From Anaeromyxobacter sp. (GTDB lineage Bacteria > Myxococcota > Myxococcia > Myxococcales > Anaeromyxobacteraceae): DNA of 64,000 nucleotides. Below the pieces are notes generated by a model. That model ran no database searches, was not told the origin of the DNA, and saw only the letters and a program-made list of their open reading frames with translations. Where the stretch lies: the NCBI GenBank assembly GCA_049840735.1, contig JASGJN010000021.1, positions 64,001 through 128,000 of the forward strand, in the 5' to 3' direction. The number at the start of each line of letters is the position of its first letter. The stretch's first letter is position 1. A program made the translations under genes and the position numbers. Positions 10,732 through 23,455 of the stretch are shown here, one piece after another.

Positions 10732-10867
10732 TCGTGTCATCGCCCTGACGGTGAAGACGAGACCGGGGCTCGGTCTTCACCCCGGGTCGCCTGGGCCCGG
10801 CCAGGCAAGCGAGCACCCGGCCGCCGCTTCTGGGGCGCCGACGAGGCAAGTACAATCCGCCTCGACC

Positions 10868-11536
10868 GTGCCCCCCCGCCAACGCCCCATCGCCCCCGCC
10901 TCGCTGGTGCTGTACGACGATCCGCTCTCTCCGTGGTGCCTGGTCGCGGAGCAGCGGCTCCGGGCCGTGCTGGAGGACTTCCCGGGCGCGTTCCGGCCGC
11001 TGCGGATCGAGCCGTTCGCCACGCGGCGCGAGCCGCGCGCGCTCTGCAAGACCGATCGCCGCGACCTGGCCCGCGCCGCCCGGCGCGCCGCGCGCGAGCC
11101 GGAGGCGGCCCGCACCACGCCGGAGCTGTGGCTCTCGCCGGATCCGCCGCTCTCCTCGCTCCCGGCGCTCACGGCGCTGGCCGCGGCGCGGCTGCAGGGG
11201 CCGGCGCAGGAGGGCGCGCTCCGGCAGGCCATCCGCCAGGCGGCGCTGGAGCGCGGGCTCAACGTGGCCCGCACCGACGTGCTGCTCGAGCTGGCCGAGC
11301 GCGCCGGCCTGGACCTGCACCGCTTCGCCAGCGCGTTCGGCACGCCGGCGGTGGAGCAGCGGGTGCGCGCGGTGCTGGAGGAGGCGCTGGAGCGCGGCGT
11401 GCGGCAGGTGCCGGCGCTGGTGATCGGCGAGAGCTGGCTGGTGGCGGGTGCGCGGGACGCCGACGAGTACCGCGCCATCCTGCACCGCTACCTCTCCACC
11501 GAGGTGGGCCTCCCACCCCTGCGCACCCTTCACTGA
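10868..11536 (+). CDS. DsbA/FrnE-like thioredoxin-fold protein with SPWC motif
   Basis: YDDPLSPWC and GVRQVPALVI cis-Pro loop; start chosen at GTG after TACAAT. Confidence 0.8.
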   Translation: MPPRQRPIAPASLVLYDDPLSPWCLVAEQRLRAVLEDFPGAFRPLRIEPFATRREPRALCKTDRRDLARAARRAAREPEAARTTPELWLSPDPPLSSLPALTALAAARLQGPAQEGALRQAIRQAALERGLNVARTDVLLELAERAGLDLHRFASAFGTPAVEQRVRAVLEEALERGVRQVPALVIGESWLVAGARDADEYRAILHRYLSTEVGLPPLRTLH

Positions 11537-11714
11537 CCGGCGCGTGAGCCCGGCGCACGCGCCGTGCGCCCCGGCCACGCCCGCTGTCGGCCCGGCGCGC
11601 ACAACCGCCCGGAACCGTGACCGGATCGGCCCTGGCACGCCCGCTGCTAACATGCAGAGGTGAATGCTGCACCGCTCGCTGCGTCGATCGGTGTGACCTC
11701 GAACGGAGCCCTGC

Positions 11715-12770
11715 ATGAAGCGCCTCGCCCTCCTCCTCGCCGCCGCCCTGCCGCTCGCGGCCTGCGTGGTGGTCCCCGACACCGGCGTGCAGACCGCGCC
11801 GCCTCCGCAGCCGGAGCCGCTGCCCGCGCCGCTGCCGCCGCCGCCCGTGGCGCAGCCGCTGCCCGCGCCGCCTCCGCCGCGCGCGCAGGTGGTCTGGTTC
11901 GGCGGACCGCACTTCGTGCCGGACGGCCTGGGCGGTGGCTGGTGCGACCTGCAGCAGCCGCACGCGCACGAGTACCTGCCCGATCGGCCCGAGATCTACG
12001 TCTGGTGGAACGGCGCCTACTACTACGACGGCCCCTGGGAGTTCTGGTACCAGGGCGGCCACCCCGTCCCCGGCGGCGGCTGGTGCCACGCCCACGGCCG
12101 CCACGGCCACGACTACTACCCGCCGCGCAACGCCGCCTTCCACTGGCAGCCGCGCCACGGCTACGTCTACCGCGGCCCGTACCGCCCCAGCGCCCCGCCG
12201 CCGGTGACCTACTGGCCCGCGCCCCCGCCGCGCCCGGCCCGCCCGTACCGGCCTGCGCCCGCGCCGGCCCCCGCGCCTCGCTACGCGCCCGCGCCGCTCC
12301 CCGCGCCTGCGGCTGCGCCGCAGACGCCGCAGCCCTCCGGCAGCTCCGGCCAGCAGTGGGGCCGCATGCCGCTGCCGCCGCCCTCGCGCGACCCCTACCC
12401 GCCCACCCGCCCGCAGCCCGTGCCCGCCACCGGTCCGGCGCCGCAGCAGCAGCCGCCGCAGCAGCCTCGGCCGGCGCCGGCGCCGATGCCTGCGCCCGGC
12501 CACAGCGGCGACGCCCCCGGGCACGACAACAACCCGCCCCCGGGCCACGGCGGGACCCCGCCCGGCCACGCCGGCGCCCCGCAGGCCAGCCCGCCGCCTG
12601 CGCAGCCCGCGCCTGCGGCCGAGCCGGCCACGTCCGCCGACAAGCAGGACGACAAGAAGGACCAGAAGCAGCCGAAGAAGGCCCGCCGCGACCGCGGCGG
12701 CGCGGACGACGAGGACCGGCCAGGCGGCCCGCTGCCCCGCCGCCCGGGCAGGCCGAGCCGGGACGACTAG
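11715..12770 (+). CDS. Proline-rich lipoprotein with duplicated His/Cys motif
   Basis: Lipobox LAAC; GGAG RBS; Pro-rich tracts. Confidence 0.8.
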   Translation: MKRLALLLAAALPLAACVVVPDTGVQTAPPPQPEPLPAPLPPPPVAQPLPAPPPPRAQVVWFGGPHFVPDGLGGGWCDLQQPHAHEYLPDRPEIYVWWNGAYYYDGPWEFWYQGGHPVPGGGWCHAHGRHGHDYYPPRNAAFHWQPRHGYVYRGPYRPSAPPPVTYWPAPPPRPARPYRPAPAPAPAPRYAPAPLPAPAAAPQTPQPSGSSGQQWGRMPLPPPSRDPYPPTRPQPVPATGPAPQQQPPQQPRPAPAPMPAPGHSGDAPGHDNNPPPGHGGTPPGHAGAPQASPPPAQPAPAAEPATSADKQDDKKDQKQPKKARRDRGGADDEDRPGGPLPRRPGRPSRDD

Positions 12771-12790
12771 TTCCCGCCGGGCTGATCCCT

Positions 12791-12967
12791 GGCCTTCGAC
12801 TCCGCTCGCCCTGAGCGTAGCGCACGCCTTGGCGGGCGCGGAGTCGAAGGGCTCAGGCCGAACGGACAGCTCCCTCCGCCGCCGAGCTCCGTTCGTCCTG
12901 AGCGTAGGGCCCGGTACCATCCCGGAGCGGGTCCGGTGCTCCGGGCCCGGAGCCGAAGGACGAACGG
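12791..12967. repeat. REP-like cluster, 3 units, one nested
   Basis: CCGTTCG-NNN-TGAGC-GTAG-hairpin-GGAGTCGAAG scaffold in both orientations. Confidence 0.85.
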
Positions 12968-13026
12968 ACTCCGCACCTATCGGACCTCTTGCCGCCCCCT
13001 CCGCCGCAGGACTAGCGTCCCGGGCC

Positions 13027-15096
13027 ATGAATCCGGCGCTCACCCTGGTCATGCTGCTGGTCGCGGCGGCGGTCTTCTCCTTCACCATGTACCGGCGGCT
13101 GGCGCCGCTGCGGGCGCTCCGGCGCGAGGACCGCACCGACCGCCCGCGCGAGCGGCTGGCGGCGCTGCTCCGCTTCGGCCTGGGCCAGCGGCGGTTGGTG
13201 GATCCGGAGGAGCTGCGCCCCGGGCTGATGCACGTGGCGATCTTCTTCGCCTTCCTGGTGCTGGCGCTCCGGACCATCACGCTCTTCGGCGTGGGCTTCT
13301 CGGAGGGCTTCCACCTCCCGCTGCTCGGGCCCGGCACGCCCGGCGGCGTCGCCTACGGCTTCCTGAAGGACGTCTTCGTCCTGCTGGCGCTGGCGGCGTC
13401 GCTCTACTTCCTGTGGCGGCGGCTGGTGACGCGGCCTCCGCGGGTGACCCGCTCGACCGAGGGGCTGGTGATCCTGCTCTTCATCGCCGGCCTGATGCTG
13501 ACCGACGTCCTCTTCGACGGCGCGGCCATCCTCTCCATGGGCGGCCAGGGCGGCTGGGCCGAGCCGGCCGGCTCGCTGGGCGCGTGGTTCCTCCGCCCCA
13601 TGCCGCAGGGCGTGATCACCAGCGTCGGCCTGGCCGCGTTCTGGACGCACCTGGCGCTGATCCTGGTCTTCGGCAACGTGCTGCCCTACGGCAAGCACTT
13701 CCACATCATCACCGGCCTGCCCAACGTCTTCTTCGCCCGGCTCCCGCCCACCGCCGCGCTCTCGAAGCTGGACCTCGAGGCCGAGGACGCACGCTTCGGC
13801 ACCGCCACGGTGAAGGACCTCTCCTGGAAGGAGGCCTGGGACGTCTACTCCTGCACCGAGTGCGGGCGCTGCCAGACCCACTGCCCCACCCACGTGACGG
13901 GCAAGCCGCTCTCGCACAAGGAGGTGAACCGCGCCATCCGCCGCCACCTGGGCGAGACCGCGCCGACGCTGATCGCGCTGGCGCAGGCCAGGGACGGCGC
14001 CGCGCGCGAGGCGGCGGCGGGACAGCTGCCCTCGCTGACCGCGGTGGTGGCGCCGGAGACCTTCTGGGCCTGCACCACCTGCGGCTGGTGCGAGACCGCC
14101 TGCCCGGTGCTGATCGAGAACATCCCGCGCCTGATCGACCTGCGCCGGCAGCAGGTGCTGGTGGACGCCACCTTCCCGGACGAGGCCCAGCGCGTCTTCA
14201 AGGGGATCGAGACGCAGGGCAACCCGTGGGGCATCGGCTCCAACCGGCGCACCGAGTGGTGCCAGGACCTGGACGTCCCGCGCGCCGCCGAGGGGAAGCC
14301 GTTCGAGTACCTGTTCTTCGTCGGCTGCGCCGGCGCCTTCGACGACCGGCAGAAGAAGGTCTCCCGCGCGCTGGTGCGGATCCTGCGGGAGGCCGGGGTC
14401 TCCTTCGCCATCCTGGGCGACGAGGAGACCTGCACCGGCGACGCGGCCCGCCGGCTGGGCAACGAGTACCTGTTCCAGCTGCAGGCCCAGGCGCTGGTCG
14501 AGACGCTCAACGGCCACCAGGTCACGAAGATCCTGGTGCAGTGCCCGCACTGCCTCAACGCCATCAAGAACGAGCTGCCCGACTTCGGCGGCCGCTACGA
14601 GGTGGTCCACCACACCGAGCTGATCGCGCGGCTGGTGGCGGACGGCAAGCTGCCGGCCGGCCGCGCCGCGGCGCTGGAGGGGACCGCGGTCACGCTCCAC
14701 GACCCCTGCTACCTGGCCCGCTGGAACGGCATCACCGAGGCGCCGCGCCAGGCGCTGGCCGCGGCCGGCGTGGAGGTGCAGGAGCTGCCGCGCAACCGCC
14801 GCCAGGGCTACTGCTGCGGCGCCGGCGGCGGCCGCTTCTGGCTGGAGGAGAAGCTGGGCGCGCGCATCAACCAGGGGCGGGTGGAGGAGGCGGCGGCCAC
14901 GCTGGGCGGGAAGGGCGGCGTGATCGCCACCGGCTGCCCGTTCTGCCTCACCATGCTGAAGGACGGCGTGAACGAGACCGGGCGCGAGGCGCAGCTGAAG
15001 GTGATGGACGTGGCCGAGCTGGTGGCGCTGGGGCTCCCCGAGCGCGGCGCGCCGGCCCAGCCGGCGGTCCCGGCAGCGCCCGCCGGCGAGGGGTGA
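13027..15096 (+). CDS. Membrane Fe-S oxidoreductase (FadF/HdrD/GlpC-like, CCG domains)
   Basis: TM N-domain, CTECGRCQTHCP, CTTCGWCETACP, HDPCYL, CCGAGGG, GCPFC. Confidence 0.92.
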   Translation: MNPALTLVMLLVAAAVFSFTMYRRLAPLRALRREDRTDRPRERLAALLRFGLGQRRLVDPEELRPGLMHVAIFFAFLVLALRTITLFGVGFSEGFHLPLLGPGTPGGVAYGFLKDVFVLLALAASLYFLWRRLVTRPPRVTRSTEGLVILLFIAGLMLTDVLFDGAAILSMGGQGGWAEPAGSLGAWFLRPMPQGVITSVGLAAFWTHLALILVFGNVLPYGKHFHIITGLPNVFFARLPPTAALSKLDLEAEDARFGTATVKDLSWKEAWDVYSCTECGRCQTHCPTHVTGKPLSHKEVNRAIRRHLGETAPTLIALAQARDGAAREAAAGQLPSLTAVVAPETFWACTTCGWCETACPVLIENIPRLIDLRRQQVLVDATFPDEAQRVFKGIETQGNPWGIGSNRRTEWCQDLDVPRAAEGKPFEYLFFVGCAGAFDDRQKKVSRALVRILREAGVSFAILGDEETCTGDAARRLGNEYLFQLQAQALVETLNGHQVTKILVQCPHCLNAIKNELPDFGGRYEVVHHTELIARLVADGKLPAGRAAALEGTAVTLHDPCYLARWNGITEAPRQALAAAGVEVQELPRNRRQGYCCGAGGGRFWLEEKLGARINQGRVEEAAATLGGKGGVIATGCPFCLTMLKDGVNETGREAQLKVMDVAELVALGLPERGAPAQPAVPAAPAGEG

Positions 15097-15185
15097 CGTG
15101 CTCCCGCGGCTCCCCGCGCCGGAGCTGCCGGCCTTCCTGGCCGCTCCATCCCGGCAGCGCGTGGCTCCGTCCCGGCAGCGCGTGA

Positions 15186-15239
15186 ACCGTTCGGGCTGAG
15201 CGTAGCGAGCCCGCAGGGCTCGCGGAGTCGAAGCCCAGG
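15186..15239 (+). repeat. REP-like unit
   Basis: ACCGTTCGGGCTGAGCGTAGCGAGCCC-GCA-GGGCTCGCGGAGTCGAAGCCCAGG. Confidence 0.9.
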
Positions 15240-15332
15240 CGCGGACCGCTTCACGTTTCTTCACGTCGGCGACAGGGACCGGCAAGCGCCGGGGCCTATC
15301 TCTCTCCCGTCGAACACGCTCAAGGAGAGCCC

Positions 15333-15806
15333 ATGTCCCCGTTCGTCTCCGGCGCCCTCGGCGCCGCCACCGTCATCGTGCTGGCCGGCCTGCTGCGCCG
15401 CGCGGCCTGGCACCACCACCACCGCCGCGCCCTCGGCGGGCGCCGCCGCTTCTTCCTGCGCCACCTCTTCCGCCGCATCGGCGCCCGCCCCGAGCAGGAG
15501 CAGGTCATCTCGGCGGAGGCCGACGCGCTGGCCGCCGAGCTCCACGCCCTGCGCGAGGACGCCCGCGAGCTGCGCGCGCAGGTGGCCGAGCTGCTCTCCG
15601 CGCCCACGCTGGACGCGGCCGGCGTCGAGGCCGCGCTGGAGCCGCGCCTGGCCAAGCTCGGCGCCGTGAAGGCCCGGGCCGCCGAGGCCCTGGCCCGCGT
15701 GCACGCCACGCTCGATCAGCGGCAGCGCGAGGCGCTGGCGGCGCTGGTGCGCCGCGGGCCGCACGGGCACCACCACGGTCACTGCCGGCGCGCGCACGCG
15801 GCCTAG
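15333..15806 (+). CDS. Spy/CpxP-like (heavy-metal sensor type) helical protein, His-rich
   Basis: AAGGAG RBS; N-terminal TM; C-terminal VHATLDQRQRE resembles the LTxxQ motif. Confidence 0.7.
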   Translation: MSPFVSGALGAATVIVLAGLLRRAAWHHHHRRALGGRRRFFLRHLFRRIGARPEQEQVISAEADALAAELHALREDARELRAQVAELLSAPTLDAAGVEAALEPRLAKLGAVKARAAEALARVHATLDQRQREALAALVRRGPHGHHHGHCRRAHAA

Positions 15807-15816
15807 CTGCTCGTGA

Positions 15817-15930
15817 CCTGGGCTTCGACTCCGCGAGCCCCATGGGCTCGCTACGCTCAGCCCGAACGGTGCCGGAAGACCCGTTCGCCCTGAGCGTAGC
15901 CGCGGCAACGCCGCGGCGGAGTCGAAGGGC
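15817..15930. repeat. 114-bp REP doublet (REPIN-like)
   Basis: Two oppositely oriented units; near-identical doublet at 42985..43098. Confidence 0.9.
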
Positions 15931-15970
15931 GCCGCCGGCCCACCTCGCGCCGTCCGCGCCGCCCCCGCGC

Positions 15971-16777
15971 TCACGCCCGCCGCGGCGGCGCCGTCGGGAT
16001 GGCCCGCGCGCAGGCGTCCAGCCGCGCGCGGACCTCGCCCTCCAGCGCGTCCAGGTCGTTGCCGGAGCGCGGATCGGCGCCCACGCAGGTGAGGATGGTG
16101 TCGTGGGGCGAGGGGTCGGCGCCCAGCGCCGCGTAGTCGATCCGGCGATCGACCGGGTCGCCGTCCTGGCCCGGGCGGAAGGCGCCGAAGAGCCCCTCGG
16201 ACCCGGGCGCCAGCTCCTCCTTGAGGGCGAAGAGGCGCTGCAGCGCCTGGCGGAAGGGCGCGTGCTCCAGGTGGCGCGGCTCGACCTGCTGGCCGGCGCG
16301 CGCGGCCACCCCCGCCAGCACCGCCCGCACGAAGTCCACGTCTGTGACCACCAGGCCGTAGAGGTAGAAGTCACCGGCCGCCCGCAGCACGATGGCCACC
16401 TCGGCCACTGAGAGCCAGGCGTGGCTGGGGCAGAGGAACGACTCGCACGTCAGCACGTCATAGACACCGCAAGCCCGCAGGTCCGGGCCGCCGGTCACCA
16501 GGGGGTGGGCCAGGCAGCCGATGCGCGTCTCCGCGGCGTCCAGGTACCCGAGCAGCGGGCAGATGCGGACCGAGGGGAAGAGCGGCTCCGGCCCGTCCTC
16601 CGCCAGCGCCTTCGCAGCGGCCGCGAAACCCTCCGCCGTCCGCGGCACCCGGGCCAGCGCGGCCGTGCGCCGGCGCAGCTCGGCCTGCATGCCCTCGCGC
16701 GACAGCTCGGTGGCGTTGTAGAGGCCGCAGCAGGCGCCGCAGCTCAGCCCGTCGCGCTGGCAGAGGCTCGCGCCCAT
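15971..16777 (-). CDS. Cys-rich hypothetical protein (CxxCC, YkgJ-like metal-binding)
   Basis: SCGACCGLYN, CPLLG, GCLAHP, CGVY, CESFLCP. Confidence 0.75.
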   Translation of the reverse strand: MGASLCQRDGLSCGACCGLYNATELSREGMQAELRRRTAALARVPRTAEGFAAAAKALAEDGPEPLFPSVRICPLLGYLDAAETRIGCLAHPLVTGGPDLRACGVYDVLTCESFLCPSHAWLSVAEVAIVLRAAGDFYLYGLVVTDVDFVRAVLAGVAARAGQQVEPRHLEHAPFRQALQRLFALKEELAPGSEGLFGAFRPGQDGDPVDRRIDYAALGADPSPHDTILTCVGADPRSGNDLDALEGEVRARLDACARAIPTAPPRRA

Positions 16778-16778
16778 G

Positions 16779-17321
16779 TCACGCCGGCACGCCGCCCGTC
16801 AGCCCCAGCGCGACGCGGCAGCCGCCGCACAGCGCCAGCCCCTTGCGGTCGGCGTCGGCGGCGTCGCGCGAGGAGAACATCACGCAGCGGTAGTCGAGGC
16901 AGTCGGAGAGCCCCAGCAGCTGCCCCAGCACGTGCACCGCCTCCACCTGCGTGCGCCGGCGCAGCAGCTGCGGCTCGCCGGAGAGCCGGTGGGTGGAGAC
17001 CAGCGCCGCCCCGCCGTCGCGGTCGGCCTCGCCCAGCACGTAGGCCGCGTCGGGCAGGAACAGGTCCCCGGCCAGCACGCCCAGCACCGGCGCGCCGCCG
17101 GCCTGCGCCCGCAGCCCGGCGAGCCGGCGCAGGATGGAGGTGGCGTGGTACTGGCCGCGGGCCTCGTTGTAGGCGTAGCCGGGCCGGTCCAGCGAGGGGC
17201 CGGCGCGCGAGGGGATGCCCATCACCTGCCGGATGCCGTGGGCCACGTCGGCCAGCTGGCGCGCCGGCACGTCGCCGAGCGCCACCAGCAACAGGCGCTC
17301 CGGGAGCGAGGCGGGCCTCAC
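16779..17321 (-). CDS. Archaemetzincin-like protein with degenerate active site
   Basis: YN..RGQY, DLF.P...YVLGEA, EAVHVLGQLLGLSDC...CVMFSS...D.K...LCGGC. Confidence 0.8.
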   Translation of the reverse strand: MRPASLPERLLLVALGDVPARQLADVAHGIRQVMGIPSRAGPSLDRPGYAYNEARGQYHATSILRRLAGLRAQAGGAPVLGVLAGDLFLPDAAYVLGEADRDGGAALVSTHRLSGEPQLLRRRTQVEAVHVLGQLLGLSDCLDYRCVMFSSRDAADADRKGLALCGGCRVALGLTGGVPA

Positions 17322-17353
17322 CTCGTCGCGGTCGTTGGTCTCGCGGGGGGGAA

Positions 17354-17427
17354 TGGCTGAGGCGGAAGGATTCGAACCTTCATAGACGGATCCAAAGTCC
17401 GTCGTCCTGCCGTTGGACGACGCCTCA
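17354..17427 (-). tRNA. tRNA-Gln(UUG) with encoded CCA
   Basis: Reverse complement TGAGGCGTCGTCCAACGGCAGGACGACGGACTTTGGATCCGTCTATGAAGGTTCGAATCCTTCCGCCTCAGCCA. Confidence 0.97.
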
Positions 17428-17536
17428 ACGAGAAAGAGCTTTCGGGTCACGGCGCGCGGCTCCCCAGCCTGACGGTCAGTGCGCCCTCCTCGCGGAGGCG
17501 GCGCGCGGACCGCTCGGTCCGCCTGACCCTTCCTAA

Positions 17537-18532
17537 CTACCAGCGAACCAGCGCGCTCGCCCAGGTGAACCCGGCGCCGAAGGCGCAGAGGCCCACCAGG
17601 TCGCCGCGCTTCACGCCGCGCACCTGGATCGCCTCCGCCAGGCAGAGCGGGATGGAGGCGGCCGTGGTGTTGCCGTACTTCTGGATGTTGTTGAAGACCT
17701 GGTCGTCGCGCAGCTCCAGCGAGCGCTGCACCATCTCCGAGATGCGCAGGTTGGCCTGGTGCGGGATGAGCACCTTGAGGTCGGTGGTGGCGACGCCGTT
17801 CTTCGCCAGCGCCTCGCGCACCACCTCCGGCATCTTGCTGATGGCGTGCTTGAAGACCTTCTGCCCCTCCATGTGCGGGTAGACGGCGCCGGACTCGATC
17901 ATCTCGGGGGTGACGCGCGGGCTGTAGACCGAGCCCGGCGCGTCGGTCCACAGCTCCTTGCCGAAGCGGCCGTCGGCGTGGAGGTGGCAGGAGAGGACGC
18001 CGCGCCCCGGCTCGTCGGTGGCCTCCAGCAGCGCCGCGCCGGCGCCGTCGCCGAAGATCACCGCCACGTCGCGGCCGCGGGTGGAGACGTCGAGGCCGGT
18101 GGAGTGGACCTCGGCGCCGACCAGCAGCACGCGCTTGTACATCCCGGTCCTGATCCAGGCGTCGGCCACGGCCAGGCCGTAGAGGAACCCGGTGCACTGG
18201 TTGCGGATGTCGATGGCCGGCACGCCCGGGATGCCCAGCTTGGCGTTGAGCCAGCAGCCGTCGCCCGGGAACATGTGATCGCTGGAGAGCGTGGCGTAGA
18301 CGATGGCCTCGACGTCGGTGGCCTTCCAGCCGGCCTTGTCGAGCGCGTCCTGCGCCGCCTTCAGCGCCAGGTCGGAGGCCCCCACGCCCGGCTCCACCCA
18401 GTGGCGCTCCTTGATGCCGGTGCGCTGGGTGATCCACTCGTCGGACGTCTCCATGTACCGCGTCAGCTCCTCGTTCGTGACCACGCGGTCAGGGACGTAG
18501 GTGCCGATGGCTGCGAAGGCGGTCTGGGGCAT
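17537..18532 (-). CDS. fabH: 3-oxoacyl-ACP synthase III
   Basis: WITQRTGI, NQCTGF, FGDGAGA, PHQAN, YGNT (Cys-His-Asn triad). Confidence 0.92.
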   Translation of the reverse strand: MPQTAFAAIGTYVPDRVVTNEELTRYMETSDEWITQRTGIKERHWVEPGVGASDLALKAAQDALDKAGWKATDVEAIVYATLSSDHMFPGDGCWLNAKLGIPGVPAIDIRNQCTGFLYGLAVADAWIRTGMYKRVLLVGAEVHSTGLDVSTRGRDVAVIFGDGAGAALLEATDEPGRGVLSCHLHADGRFGKELWTDAPGSVYSPRVTPEMIESGAVYPHMEGQKVFKHAISKMPEVVREALAKNGVATTDLKVLIPHQANLRISEMVQRSLELRDDQVFNNIQKYGNTTAASIPLCLAEAIQVRGVKRGDLVGLCAFGAGFTWASALVRW

Positions 18533-18575
18533 GGCCTGCTCCTCCGGCCGGGCGCTCGACGGCGCGCGGGGCCGA

Positions 18576-22264
<3,689 letters not shown>

Positions 22265-22327
22265 CGGAGGAGGCCTCGGACCTCAGGCTGCAGGCCTCAG
22301 GCGCGCGGCGCTGCGCGGAGCGATCGC

Positions 22328-23455
22328 TCAGATCCGCATCGGCATCACCACCGCGGTGAAGCCCTGGTCCGCCTCGTCCGAGCCCTTCATCACGCCGGGG
22401 GAGAGGTCGTCGGCCAGCTCGAAGACGACGTCCTTCGACTTCACCACCGAGAGCACCTCGGTGAGGTAGCGGGCGTTGAAGCCGATCTTGAGCGCCTCGC
22501 CCTCGTACTCCACCGGCACCTCCTCCTTGGCCTCGCCGAGGTCGGGGTTCTGCGAGAGGACCCGCAGCACGCCGGCGCCCAGCTCGAGCTTCACGGCGTG
22601 GGCCTTGTCGGAGGAGAGGAGCGAGACGCGGCGGAGGGTCTTGTCGAACCGCTCCACGCCCACCTTGATGATCTTCTCGCCCTGCTTCGGGATCACCTGC
22701 TTGTAGTCGGGGAACAGCCCCTCGATCAGCCGCATGACCAGGACCACGCCGGGCCGGCGGAAGATGGCGCTGTTCTCGACGAACCCGAGCTTGGCCTCGG
22801 GGCTCTCCTCGCCGGACTCGACGGCCTCGCCGAGGAGCTTCTTGAGCTCGTTGAGCCCCTTCTTCGGCAGGATGACGCCGCGCTTGAGCCCGAAGTTGCT
22901 CTCGAAGGCCTGCTCGGCCAGCGACAGGCGGTGGCCGTCGGTGGCCACCATCCGCAGCGTGCCGGCACCGGGCTCGAAGAAGACGCCGTTCAGGTTGTAG
23001 CGGGTCTCGTCGGTCGAGACGGCGAAGAAGGTCCGGTCGATCATCTCGAGCAGGACCTTGGGCTGGATGTCGGCGAACGCGACCTTGTCGAACTTGGGCA
23101 GCGCCGGGAAGTCCTCGGCGGGCAGGCCGACGATCCGGAACTCGGACGGGCCGCACCGGACCTCGAGGTAGTTGTTGTTCGCCTTCTTGAGGGTGACCGT
23201 GTTCTCCGGCAGCGCCCGCACGATCTCGTAGAGGTGGCGGGCCGAGACGGCCAGCGCGCCCTCCTTCACGACCTCGCACGGATGCTCGGACGAGACGGCG
23301 AGATCCAGGTCGGTGGCGGAGACGACGAGCTGTCCGGACTTCCTCGCCTCGAGGAGGACATGGGACAGGATCGGCATCGTGCTCTTCTTCTCGACGATGC
23401 CCTGGGAGCGGCCCAGCGCCTTCGCGAGCTCGGTGACGCCGATCTTCAGTTCCAT
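22328..23455 (-). CDS. dnaN: DNA polymerase III beta clamp
   Basis: ATDL, TDETRYNLNGV, ATDGHRL, IGFNARYL, C-terminal MPMRI. Confidence 0.97.
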   Translation of the reverse strand: MELKIGVTELAKALGRSQGIVEKKSTMPILSHVLLEARKSGQLVVSATDLDLAVSSEHPCEVVKEGALAVSARHLYEIVRALPENTVTLKKANNNYLEVRCGPSEFRIVGLPAEDFPALPKFDKVAFADIQPKVLLEMIDRTFFAVSTDETRYNLNGVFFEPGAGTLRMVATDGHRLSLAEQAFESNFGLKRGVILPKKGLNELKKLLGEAVESGEESPEAKLGFVENSAIFRRPGVVLVMRLIEGLFPDYKQVIPKQGEKIIKVGVERFDKTLRRVSLLSSDKAHAVKLELGAGVLRVLSQNPDLGEAKEEVPVEYEGEALKIGFNARYLTEVLSVVKSKDVVFELADDLSPGVMKGSDEADQGFTAVVMPMRI

